Source of the DNA: Kordia sp. | GTDB taxonomy: Bacteria; Bacteroidota; Bacteroidia; Flavobacteriales; Flavobacteriaceae | Length of the DNA stretch: 64,000 nt | Direction of reading: 5' to 3' | Assembly (NCBI RefSeq): GCF_965224175.1 | Contig: NZ_OZ245041.1 | Span: 1,456,249-1,520,248, forward strand | Part shown: positions 45,824-55,080 of the stretch, piece by piece | How the letters are laid out: every line of letters starts with the position of its first letter | How positions within the stretch are numbered: position 1 is the stretch's first letter | Position numbers and translations under genes: made by a program | Notes under the pieces: generated by a model | What the model was told of the DNA's origin: nothing | What the model saw: only the letters and a program-made list of their open reading frames with translations | The model's database searches: none

Positions 45824-46744
45824 ATGAATTATACATTACATCAATTAAAAGTTTTTGTAGAAATTGTAAAGAAACAAAGTATTACGAAAGCTTCTGAAGC
45901 CTTATTTTTAACACAACCTGCTGTTTCTATTCAACTTAAAAAGTTTCAAGATCAGTTTCCTTTACCGCTTACAGAAGTCGTTGGACGAAAGTTATATGTG
46001 ACTAATTTTGGAAAAGAAATTGCAGTTACTGCACAGAAAATTTTGGATGAAGTATCAACTATTGATCATAAAACAAAAGAATATCAAGGAAAACTCGCCG
46101 GGAAATTAACACTTACATGTGTGTCTACAGGAAAATATGTAATGCCATATTATCTTTCTGGATTTGTGAATCAACATGCAGGAATTGATTTTACAATTGA
46201 TGTAACGAATAAACAAAATGTTGTGAAAGATTTGGAAGAAAACAAAGTTGATTTTGCATTGGTTTCTGTATTGCCAAGTCATTTAAATCTTGAAACGTTA
46301 CCATTGCTTAAAAATAGTTTGTATTTGGTTGGTGGAAAAGAACGTGAAAATAATAGAAAAGGTAAAATTGTCGATATTTTTCAAGAACAACCATTATTGT
46401 ACAGAGAAAAAGGTTCGGCCACTCGAAATGCCATGGAGAATTTTATTGATGGAAAGAATGTTTCTGTTCAAAAGAAAATTGAATTGACTTCGAATGAAGC
46501 TTTGAAACAAGCCGTTATTGCTGGTTTAGGATATTCTATTATGCCATTATTAGGAATTAAAAATGCTGTCGATAAAGGCGATATAAAAGTGATTAAACAC
46601 AAAGGATTGCCTATCCACACACAGTGGAATCTCGTTTGGCTCAAAAATAAATCTTTATCACCTGTAGCAACTGCGTTTATCGAATATTTACAGGCTGAAA
46701 AGCACGTTATTAAACAAAAGTATTTTGATTGGGTTGCAGAATAA
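45824..46744 (+). CDS. LysR family regulator (CbbR/CmpR-like), divergent from sbtA
   Basis: YTLHQLKVF, SITKASE.LFLTQPAVS.Q.K, REKGSATR, SNEA.KQAV.AGLG. Confidence 0.92.
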   Translation: MNYTLHQLKVFVEIVKKQSITKASEALFLTQPAVSIQLKKFQDQFPLPLTEVVGRKLYVTNFGKEIAVTAQKILDEVSTIDHKTKEYQGKLAGKLTLTCVSTGKYVMPYYLSGFVNQHAGIDFTIDVTNKQNVVKDLEENKVDFALVSVLPSHLNLETLPLLKNSLYLVGGKERENNRKGKIVDIFQEQPLLYREKGSATRNAMENFIDGKNVSVQKKIELTSNEALKQAVIAGLGYSIMPLLGIKNAVDKGDIKVIKHKGLPIHTQWNLVWLKNKSLSPVATAFIEYLQAEKHVIKQKYFDWVAE

Positions 46745-46889
46745 TTTTGGAATTTTATATTCTATATTTTAAATGTTGAATGAGAAATGATGAATTATTT
46801 TTTAATTGATTGAAAATATTTTCGTTACTCCTTTTTTTACAACAAATACACGAATTGTTTTTTAGTAATTAAATCTTTCAATGAAACAA

Positions 46890-47783
46890 TCAATGTGTAA
46901 AATTTCCAAAATAGACCATATTGATATCTAGCTCTGTGTTGCCAAGTGTAGAACCATCATGGAAACAATTATCCGTTGGCGCAATGTAGTAATCTCCAGG
47001 TTTTTGTTCCATTCTGATTACTGGATAGTCTGGAAAGTGTTTGAAAAAAGTTTCTGCTACATTGTATACATCTACTTTGCTGATGTCCGTAACTTCTTTG
47101 AGCATGTTATGTACCTGAATCATTGATAAGTTAATGTACAGAAAGTAACGCGTTTGCGCTCCAAGATTGATACAGATTCTATTTCCATGCTTGTATGTTG
47201 TGTGCAAGGTCATGAATTGTGTTCCATCATTGTGCATGCCCATATATTTTTTCTCAGGAATGGTAAAATCTTCTGGTAAGCGTGTAATATCGCAAGCTAC
47301 CATTTCTACGTTAGGCAGATTTGCTGTAATGCAATGCAAATGAAAAGGTTTATTATTTGAGATGGTTTGTAAGAAGTTATTCAACTCAATATTCAAAGCT
47401 AAGGTCAACTCCTTTTCTTCTCCAAAACGTTGCATTACGTGTTCTCTTCCTCTACAAGTACTAAAATTAATTTCTTGTATGAGTTGTTTTGCTCTTTCTG
47501 GCAATGCTCCCAAATAGATATTATTATGATCTTTTAATTCGCCTGCAGCCGTTATAATCCGTTTTTCTGTAGTTTCTAGTGGACGCCAATCGCGTTTAGG
47601 AATGTAAGCTTCATCAATATACAACGGTACAAAAGAAAAGTGTTCAAAATTTACTTGTGAACCTGTATGTTCTGAGTGATGAATAACTCCTGAATTGATT
47701 TGTATAGTGTCATAACCTGTAGGTAATTTACTGTGAATTCCAATTCCTTTTTTTATCGTGGTTTCCGTTGCTATTGCTGTCAT
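46890..47783 (-). CDS. Putative non-heme Fe(II) (2OG-type DSBH) oxygenase, paralogue 4
   Basis: MGMHNDG ... RICINLG ... YIAPTDNCFHDGST (HxD...H triad). Confidence 0.6.
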   Translation of the reverse strand: MTAIATETTIKKGIGIHSKLPTGYDTIQINSGVIHHSEHTGSQVNFEHFSFVPLYIDEAYIPKRDWRPLETTEKRIITAAGELKDHNNIYLGALPERAKQLIQEINFSTCRGREHVMQRFGEEKELTLALNIELNNFLQTISNNKPFHLHCITANLPNVEMVACDITRLPEDFTIPEKKYMGMHNDGTQFMTLHTTYKHGNRICINLGAQTRYFLYINLSMIQVHNMLKEVTDISKVDVYNVAETFFKHFPDYPVIRMEQKPGDYYIAPTDNCFHDGSTLGNTELDINMVYFGNFTH

Positions 47784-47795
47784 AATCTTAATTTT

Positions 47796-48677
47796 TTAAT
47801 GTTGAAAACTGCCAAAATATACAATACATACGTCCAAATGTTTTCCTCCTAAAGTAGAGCCATCATGGAAGTAATTATCGGTAGCAGCGATATAATATTG
47901 ATATGGTTTTTGCGCTACTCGAATGACAGGATACTCCGGAAAATGCTTGAAGAAATACGCTGGAATGTTTGATACATTTATGTTTGCTATTTCTGTTTCA
48001 TCTAATTTTTCTGTTAGCATCGTGTACGCTTCTTTTAAAGACAAATTCACAAAAAGTAGATACCGTGTATCTTTTCCTAAATTAATACTGATTCTATTGC
48101 CAAATTCGTGTGCATTGTGAATCGTCATTGATTGTGTAGCGTCATTGTGAATTCCCATAAACTTTTTTTCTGCTTGTTTGAAACCTCTTGGTAACTTCGT
48201 AGTATTAGAAGCCACCAATTCTACATTGGGATAGTTGACACCAATACAATGAAACTTAAATTCTTTATTATTTGCCATTGGCATCAAAAAGTCGTTGAGT
48301 AGCTTTGTAGCTTCTAGAGTAAGTGCTGGATTGGCTTCGAAACGTTCAAAAACCTCATCTCTATCTATACTATGTTCTAATCCAATTTTTTGAAAACATT
48401 CTTTTAACGCAGTCGGAATTTCTCCTAAATACAAAGTATTGTGATCGTTACATGATTCATCTGGAGATAAACAAGTAATTTCTTCTTGAGTTAAGGGTCG
48501 CCAATCGCGTTTATTTACATATGCATAATTCACATATTCTGGAATGAATTCTTCATCTAAATAGCTTACTAAAGCTGCTTTGTGATGCGAATGATGAACT
48601 GTTCCTGAATTAATCATTAGTGCATCTACTCCATCAGGAAGCAGATTTTGAACCATTATATTTCTTTTTATTTTCAT
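47796..48677 (-). CDS. Putative non-heme Fe(II) oxygenase, paralogue 3
   Basis: MGIHNDA ... RISINLG ... YIAATDNYFHDGST. Confidence 0.6.
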   Translation of the reverse strand: MKIKRNIMVQNLLPDGVDALMINSGTVHHSHHKAALVSYLDEEFIPEYVNYAYVNKRDWRPLTQEEITCLSPDESCNDHNTLYLGEIPTALKECFQKIGLEHSIDRDEVFERFEANPALTLEATKLLNDFLMPMANNKEFKFHCIGVNYPNVELVASNTTKLPRGFKQAEKKFMGIHNDATQSMTIHNAHEFGNRISINLGKDTRYLLFVNLSLKEAYTMLTEKLDETEIANINVSNIPAYFFKHFPEYPVIRVAQKPYQYYIAATDNYFHDGSTLGGKHLDVCIVYFGSFQH

Positions 48678-48701
48678 TACAATCGCTATTTAGTTATGAT
48701 A

Positions 48702-49583
48702 TTATTCTTGAAATTTCCCAAAATAGATCATCAATACGTCCAATGCCGTCATTCCTTCTGTAGAACCATCATGAAAACAATGATCTGTTGGTGCAATGTA
48801 GTATTGATAAGGTTTTTGTGGAATTTTAATCACTGGATACTCTGGAAAATGTCTAAAAAACAGTTTCGATATGTTATATAAATCTACATGTAAAACTGAA
48901 ATCCCGATTTTCTTTTTTAACATGTTAAATGCTTGCGTTAAGGAAAGATTTGCATATAGAAAATAACGTGTTTCCTTGCCTAAATTTATAGTAAAACGAT
49001 TTCCCGATTTGTACGTTGCATGTATTGTTGTAGGTTCAGCACCGTCGTTATGAATTCCCATACATTTTTTGTCTTCTTCTCCATAACCTTCAGGAAGCAC
49101 ATTTGTATCTGCTGCTACCATGTCTATATTGGGCAAATTGGCTCCTATATAGTGAAAATGAAATGGTTTTTCGTTTGCAAAACCGTTCAGATATTTTTGC
49201 ATTGTATTACTCAATTTTAGCGTCATATCATGATCGCGTTTCATACATTCGCGCACATCATCTGGTCGTAAGCATTCCTTAAATTTTAAGGCGTCGAAAA
49301 TAGTTTTTAATTCATCTGGAATGTCTCCAACATAGATGGTATTGTAATAATTACGTTGCTCATTCGCGGTTAACGCTTTTATTTCATTTTGAGATAATTT
49401 TCGCCAATCGCGACGTACCATGTATGCATCATCTTCGTATTGTGGTACAAAAGACCAATCGAGATAATTTACTTTACTTTTTTCTTGTTTTGTATGATGA
49501 ATGGTTCCTGAATTTATGAAAACTTCATCAAAAAAATTATCGAGTGTACTGTGTAATCGTATGCCATTTTGTATAATTTCCAT
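48702..49583 (-). CDS. Putative non-heme Fe(II) oxygenase, paralogue 2
   Basis: MGIHNDG ... RFTINLG ... YIAPTDHCFHDGST. Confidence 0.6.
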   Translation of the reverse strand: MEIIQNGIRLHSTLDNFFDEVFINSGTIHHTKQEKSKVNYLDWSFVPQYEDDAYMVRRDWRKLSQNEIKALTANEQRNYYNTIYVGDIPDELKTIFDALKFKECLRPDDVRECMKRDHDMTLKLSNTMQKYLNGFANEKPFHFHYIGANLPNIDMVAADTNVLPEGYGEEDKKCMGIHNDGAEPTTIHATYKSGNRFTINLGKETRYFLYANLSLTQAFNMLKKKIGISVLHVDLYNISKLFFRHFPEYPVIKIPQKPYQYYIAPTDHCFHDGSTEGMTALDVLMIYFGKFQE

Positions 49584-49594
49584 AGCGCTAAGTA

Positions 49595-50431
49595 TTAAGG
49601 AAGTTGATCAAATATACCTGTGTATACCATTGTGATATCTATTTGTTTTGTACCTGCTGTAGAACCGTCATGAAAAAAATTATCTGTTGGTGCTACATAG
49701 AATTGATAAGGCTTTACCGCAATTTTAGTGACTGGATATGTTGGGTAATATGTATAAAAATGCTGTGCGATATTGTCTGGATTTAAAGGTGTTTTTGTAA
49801 GATCCATTTTCATTTTCAACATATTATATACTTGAATCATCGTAAGATTTGTATACACTAAAGTTCTGATTTCATTACTTAGATTGATAGAGATTCTATT
49901 GCCTGATTTGTGTGCCGTATGAATGGAAAAATGCCTGCTTTGATCAATGTGTAAGCCTAAGTATAAAAATGCGCCTTCTACATAAAAACTAGTCATTGTT
50001 TCTCTGTTAGGAATTGCATATGTGATTTTGTGAAATTTGAAATTGCCTGTAGAAGAGAGTTTGTTTAGAAAAACATGTAATTCTTTGTTTATTTTTTCAA
50101 CATGAGTTTCATTGGCTTGAAATCTTGGTATTACATCGTATGCATCCGTAATGTCTTTGAGCGTTAATAATTGAAAAGCTTCTTTTAGTTTTTTTGGAAT
50201 ATCGTCTACGTACAAACTCCTGCGATAGTCAAAATTTGTAGTTTTCGTACCTACCAAGGTATTCAATTGTTCTTGTGTAGGTATTTGCCAAGTTTGTAAC
50301 GGAATATAGGAGTCTTCAAAATAAGTAGCTCCATTGTATTCTTTTACATGTTGTGCTCCAGTATTTACCAATAGCTGATCAGACACATTTTTTATGCCTG
50401 TAAAAAGCTGTATTCCTTTGCGTAGTTTCAT
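49595..50431 (-). CDS. Putative non-heme Fe(II) oxygenase, paralogue 1 (most diverged)
   Basis: LGLHIDQ ... RISINLS ... YVAPTDNFFHDGST. Confidence 0.6.
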   Translation of the reverse strand: MKLRKGIQLFTGIKNVSDQLLVNTGAQHVKEYNGATYFEDSYIPLQTWQIPTQEQLNTLVGTKTTNFDYRRSLYVDDIPKKLKEAFQLLTLKDITDAYDVIPRFQANETHVEKINKELHVFLNKLSSTGNFKFHKITYAIPNRETMTSFYVEGAFLYLGLHIDQSRHFSIHTAHKSGNRISINLSNEIRTLVYTNLTMIQVYNMLKMKMDLTKTPLNPDNIAQHFYTYYPTYPVTKIAVKPYQFYVAPTDNFFHDGSTAGTKQIDITMVYTGIFDQLP

Positions 50432-50496
50432 CTATGGTTATTCGTTAATTTTATGATACATACTTTAATCACAAAAAATTAATTGTGATCACTATT

Positions 50497-51759
50497 TTAC
50501 ACTTGTAATTCCTTTTTAAACGATCTTAGTTTTTCTTGAATAAGTGGATCAATTTTTATTTCACTTTCCTCTTCAAAACTATTGATGATTTCCTCATACA
50601 CCAATGGTTCAACTCCAAGTTCTTCAACAGATGTTGCTGGCAATGAGTTTAAAATATCGTTCTGTATAAAGCTTATCAAACGAACCATATCTTTGCAGTA
50701 CATTGTAGGATTGTCAAAGCCATTTGCTTCCGAGTATCGATGTCCTAAAAATCCACCTCCACAAATATCAAAAACCGGACAGTTTAAACATTGTTCAGTC
50801 ACTTCATCATGTGCTCGGTAATACAATTGAAACGTATCGTCTTCAAATAAATCTTCAAGATTGTTGTTGTGTACATTGATGTCATTTCGAGTAATTCCTT
50901 CAAAACATGCTCTTAACGAATCTACTACTTCCACACTTCCATCAGATTCTACGACAGCAACTCCATTGGTACGTCTTCCCATGAGTTGATTACCAATACC
51001 TTCTTGTCCCATGATCATTTTAACCAGCGTTTCAAAAAAGTAAATACTAGGACGGTTATTTCTATCTTCTTTCCATAATTTGTACAAACCAATAAACCAA
51101 TCAGCATATGGCGTATAATTTTTATCGTGTAATTTACTGACATCCAAACCTAAAGGTGCTTGATCATAATGTCCATCTGGTAAGAGTATGTTTAAACTGC
51201 TTACGGCTAATTTTTTCATTTCTGCATACAATTCTTCAATAGGAATGTTAATATTAACAACTAGCAGTAATCCTCTTAAATTGTATTTTTTTCCTAATTC
51301 AATAGCTTTGGCAACCTGCGTATATGAACCTTTTCCATTGTGAAAAACCCTGTATTCATCATGATACTTTTCTGGACCATCAATACTAATTCCAACAGCA
51401 ATATTTAATTTTTGAAGCAATGTATACCACTTCTCATCAAGAGTTACTCCATTTGTTTGCATTGTAAACACATAGGCTAGTGTTGGCGCTGTATTTTTAA
51501 AAATGGCAATACATTTTTCAAAATATTCAGGTTTTGCTAATAATGGTTCTCCTCCATGAAATACGATTTGTACATGCGTGATTTCTGCATTTTCACAATA
51601 GCTCTTTAATCTATCAGCAAAATTTTGCACCGTTTCTAGTGACATAAATTTTGGCTGTTTTAAATAGGTTTGATCGCCCATGTTGTACATATAGCAATAT
51701 GAACAGTTGAGATTACACCTACTGGCAGTTTTCAATACAAAAGAAGTGACTCTATACAT
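50497..51759 (-). CDS. Radical SAM/SPASM peptide maturase, FxsB / cyclophane-forming (triceptide) type
   Basis: VLKTASRCNLNCSYCYMYN (CxxxCxxC), FHGGEPLL, MQTNG, ISIDG; SPASM CLNCPVFDICGGG..HRY....GFDNP..YC.D. Confidence 0.8.
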   Translation of the reverse strand: MYRVTSFVLKTASRCNLNCSYCYMYNMGDQTYLKQPKFMSLETVQNFADRLKSYCENAEITHVQIVFHGGEPLLAKPEYFEKCIAIFKNTAPTLAYVFTMQTNGVTLDEKWYTLLQKLNIAVGISIDGPEKYHDEYRVFHNGKGSYTQVAKAIELGKKYNLRGLLLVVNINIPIEELYAEMKKLAVSSLNILLPDGHYDQAPLGLDVSKLHDKNYTPYADWFIGLYKLWKEDRNNRPSIYFFETLVKMIMGQEGIGNQLMGRRTNGVAVVESDGSVEVVDSLRACFEGITRNDINVHNNNLEDLFEDDTFQLYYRAHDEVTEQCLNCPVFDICGGGFLGHRYSEANGFDNPTMYCKDMVRLISFIQNDILNSLPATSVEELGVEPLVYEEIINSFEEESEIKIDPLIQEKLRSFKKELQV

Positions 51760-51786
51760 AACTATTTTTTTTCTAATTCATAAAAA

Positions 51787-51820
51787 ACTAGATAATCTCT
51801 AGTTGTAGAGATTATCTAGT
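51787..51820 (-). terminator. Perfect 15-bp hairpin with U-tract between the precursor and rSAM genes
   Basis: ACTAGATAATCTCTA-GTTG-TAGAGATTATCTAGT, followed on the minus strand by TTTTTA. Confidence 0.88.
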
Positions 51821-51827
51821 CAACTTT

Positions 51828-52091
51828 CTATCCAGCAGGTGAATCTGATATTGGTCCTACAGGATCTCTAGGATCAGCTGGCGCCATCTGTAAGAAAGTA
51901 TCAATTTTGTCATACGCAGAAGCTCTAGATGCTTTAGAACTAACAGCTACTACAGGACAATTTGCACTTGCTCGACCTCCAAAGATTGCTTTGTAAAGGT
52001 CTAATTGGTCTTCATTTGAGTTGCTTAACGCTTTGTTTACAACTTCTTTTGATTTTAAGTTTGAAGTGATTTTTGAATTTTTCTTCATCAT
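51828..52091 (-). CDS. Putative RiPP precursor peptide (87 aa)
   Basis: MMKKNSKITSNLKSKEVVNKALSNSNEDQLDLYKAIFGG|RASANCPVVAVSSKASRASAYDKIDTFLQMAPADPRDPVGPISDSPAG; sits between the TonB barrel and the rSAM. Start moved from 52151 to the MM at 52091. Confidence 0.75.
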   Translation of the reverse strand: MMKKNSKITSNLKSKEVVNKALSNSNEDQLDLYKAIFGGRASANCPVVAVSSKASRASAYDKIDTFLQMAPADPRDPVGPISDSPAG

Positions 52092-52183
52092 TAAAAAATT
52101 TAAATGGTTAATAAAACTGTCATTAGTATGGACATGACAATCGCCCTTCACTTTATGAGTAAAATGAAAAAACTATTCGTTGC

Positions 52184-54598
52184 TTAGAGACGTCTTTGAA
52201 TATCACTATTACCTGTATCTCTACTACGTTGGTTTTTTACTGTTGATTTACCAAAAGCGTAGCGTACTGCAAAAGCTATGCTTCTGGTGTCGTGATAATT
52301 GGTATCATTGATACGTATATCACCAACTTGAATGTTATATCGGTCTTTGTTGCTTCTAAGTAAATCTCTTCCAGATAAGGAGAGACTAAATCTTCCGATA
52401 TTTTTTCGTAGTGCAATTTCAGTTTCTAGCCTGTTACCGATTTCGGTGTTGACTAATGTAAAGGGGAAAGTGTTTTTAGCGAATACTGTTAAGGAGATTC
52501 CTTTTACTTTTGATATCGTAAAAGTCTGATTCGCTACTATACTAAATACTAACGAATTACTGTCGATAGTTATTGTGTCATCGGCATAACTTCCTGTGGT
52601 TTGTACATGACCAAAAAGAGAAGTTGCATTGAATCGCCACCAAGGTTGAATTTTTGTTGCCATGGTAACACTACCTGAATAGGAATATTTGTTTCCGTAA
52701 TTCGTTTTTCTGTTAATAATGATTCCTTCGTCAGAATTGAAAGGAAGCGCGTAAAACTCATCTAATAGTTGACTCGCAGCTATTTGTGCAACAATACGAA
52801 CTTTACCTGCTACTTTTGTGTAATTTAATTCTTGACGATAGTAACGGGAAGGGTTTAAAAAAGGGTTTCCTTCAAAAAAGGCTCTATCTGTTGTATATTC
52901 TCGAAAAGGGTTTACATCCCAAAAACTAGGACGTGTTATTCTACTCGATACTGAAAATACAAAACTATGTGCATTGTTCGGTTTGTATCGCAGAAAAGCT
53001 GTTGGAAAAAAGTTTGTATAATTTCTATCTACAACTTTGGTTCCTTCTAGTTTTCCTTTAGCGATTGTATTTTCTATACGCGCTCCAAATTGATACGACC
53101 AAGTATCACTTAAAGTATGATTTATGACTGCGTATAATGCGTTTATATTTTCATCATATTCAAAGAAATTACTTCGTGTAGGATCATCAATCCAAATCAT
53201 TTCTACGATAGCTCTGTTGTCAAAATTTAGGTCATTATCTACTTTAGATAGTGAAAATTTCACACCAGTTTCAACAGCTATATTTTCGCTTAGTGGAAAT
53301 TCTAGATCAAGCTTAAAAGAAGTACTTTTTATATCTTGAATTGTTGCATTACGAAACCAATCGCGAATGTATAAGACATCGTTGTTTTCAAGTGTGACAA
53401 CATCCGTTTTACTGATTCCAGTATTATCTGAGGAAAATTCTAAAAAATCAATATCAGCTGTAAGTAACGTACCTTTACCGTCTAATTTTCCTTGATAATT
53501 AAGGTTTAACGAATAGGTTCGATTGACAGCTTCATCTCTATTTTTTGTGAATGTCAGTGAGTCATTTAACGTGTAGGCATCAAAGCTAATTGCATCTCTA
53601 TTTTGATTTTCATCCGCACCTGAAAATTCAAATAACATTCCGACAATATGTTTGTCATTGATTTCATAGTCTACTCCAAAGTTTGCTCCAGAGAAGAATG
53701 TTTTCATAGTATTTTCGCGATCTATGAAGCGTGTTTCGATATCAGTTGGTTCTGAAATTGGATAGAAAATATCTTTTTCATAATTGGTACGTCGTTCTCT
53801 GTTGCTCAGATATGCTGTTGAGAATAGATTCCATTTAGATTTTCTGTAGTTTAGGTAGATACTTCCTGCTTCTGAGAACAATCGTGTTTGACGGGCGCTT
53901 AAACTTGCGGTTCCTTCTAAACCTTCTTCTTTGTTTTTTTTAGTGACAATATTTATGATTCCTGCTCCGCCTTCAGCTTCAAATCGACTCGAAGGTGTTG
54001 TGATGACTTCTACAGCTTCTAGATTATCAGCTGGTAGGCTTTTTAGATAATTCATTAATACTTCACCAGAAAGTCGTTTTTTTCTACCATTTATGTAAAC
54101 TATCACGCCTTGCGTTCCGGCTATTTCAATCGTTCCGTTTTCGTTTGTAGACACGAAAGGCGTTTTGTTTAAGGTTTCCCAGACACTACTTCCTAGTATC
54201 AAGTCGGAATTAGCTACATTGAAACGCAAGCGATCCGTTTTTCGTTCAATGATATTTTTCTCTGCAGTAATGACTACTTTAGAGAGTTCTTTATTTTCTT
54301 TGAAACGAAAGTTAAGTCTTGTATTTTTTGTGATATTAGAAACTATAATAGAATCTGCATATCCTATATGACTAAAATTAAGCGTATAATTTCCTGATTT
54401 TAAGTTTTTTACTTTATAATAACCAAGACTATCTGTAATTAAATTTTTAACGAGTATATTATCTTTTACAACACTGATAAAGACATCGGGAAGTGGCATC
54501 GCATTAGTATCAGTTACGACACCATCAATTGTATATTGACAATGCGCAAGCTTAATGCTAATGATGATAAACATCAATGCTATTTGTACTTTTTTCAT
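52184..54598 (-). CDS. TonB-dependent outer-membrane beta-barrel protein heading the RiPP operon
   Basis: Signal peptide; carboxypeptidase-regulatory-like domain; plug L.KTPFV....G.I.I.G..GV.VYING; SSRFEAEG..GIINI; GNPFL.P; C-terminal RY.FG. Same family as 17884..20322. Confidence 0.85.
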   Translation of the reverse strand: MKKVQIALMFIIISIKLAHCQYTIDGVVTDTNAMPLPDVFISVVKDNILVKNLITDSLGYYKVKNLKSGNYTLNFSHIGYADSIIVSNITKNTRLNFRFKENKELSKVVITAEKNIIERKTDRLRFNVANSDLILGSSVWETLNKTPFVSTNENGTIEIAGTQGVIVYINGRKKRLSGEVLMNYLKSLPADNLEAVEVITTPSSRFEAEGGAGIINIVTKKNKEEGLEGTASLSARQTRLFSEAGSIYLNYRKSKWNLFSTAYLSNRERRTNYEKDIFYPISEPTDIETRFIDRENTMKTFFSGANFGVDYEINDKHIVGMLFEFSGADENQNRDAISFDAYTLNDSLTFTKNRDEAVNRTYSLNLNYQGKLDGKGTLLTADIDFLEFSSDNTGISKTDVVTLENNDVLYIRDWFRNATIQDIKSTSFKLDLEFPLSENIAVETGVKFSLSKVDNDLNFDNRAIVEMIWIDDPTRSNFFEYDENINALYAVINHTLSDTWSYQFGARIENTIAKGKLEGTKVVDRNYTNFFPTAFLRYKPNNAHSFVFSVSSRITRPSFWDVNPFREYTTDRAFFEGNPFLNPSRYYRQELNYTKVAGKVRIVAQIAASQLLDEFYALPFNSDEGIIINRKTNYGNKYSYSGSVTMATKIQPWWRFNATSLFGHVQTTGSYADDTITIDSNSLVFSIVANQTFTISKVKGISLTVFAKNTFPFTLVNTEIGNRLETEIALRKNIGRFSLSLSGRDLLRSNKDRYNIQVGDIRINDTNYHDTRSIAFAVRYAFGKSTVKNQRSRDTGNSDIQRRL

Positions 54599-55080
54599 GT
54601 AATTCCCCCGAATTAATACAAAACAATTCTGTTGTAAAACGTTCCATGCGGTTTACATAGAAAGTGAATTTTTACAAAAAAAATAGAATTATTCAGTTTT
54701 TATTACCCTTACTAACTTACAATAAAAATATTATTTTACGATCAGCTTTTTCCATAATTAACGAATAATTAATTTTTTATTTTCATAATATTTTTATTGT
54801 ATATAGAGTGTTTTAGGTAGATTTTCAAAGTACTTAATAGTTAAAAATTAGAAAAATAAAGCGTTGAAAACTCAAAAAATCTTTGAGTGTCCAATATTCA
54901 ATCTTGAGTGTATTATTTTTTAGTATGAATGATAAAAAAATCACATATAAAAGTGATTAAAAAACTTACATTTTCACTCGTAAACTTATTATTTTTCAGT
55001 ATCTTATATCCATCTTTATTTGATGACTAAACATCAGATATTTTTTAACTAACACTAACCATATCCCATATTTAAAAAAC

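Noticed and set aside
50497-51759. Radical SAM protein as an anaerobic sulfatase maturase acting on the nearby PafA
   Set aside because: PafA has a Thr nucleophile, not a CxPxR/SxPxR sulfatase motif, and is divergently transcribed. The rSAM carries FxsB-type motifs and sits directly behind a small peptide gene.
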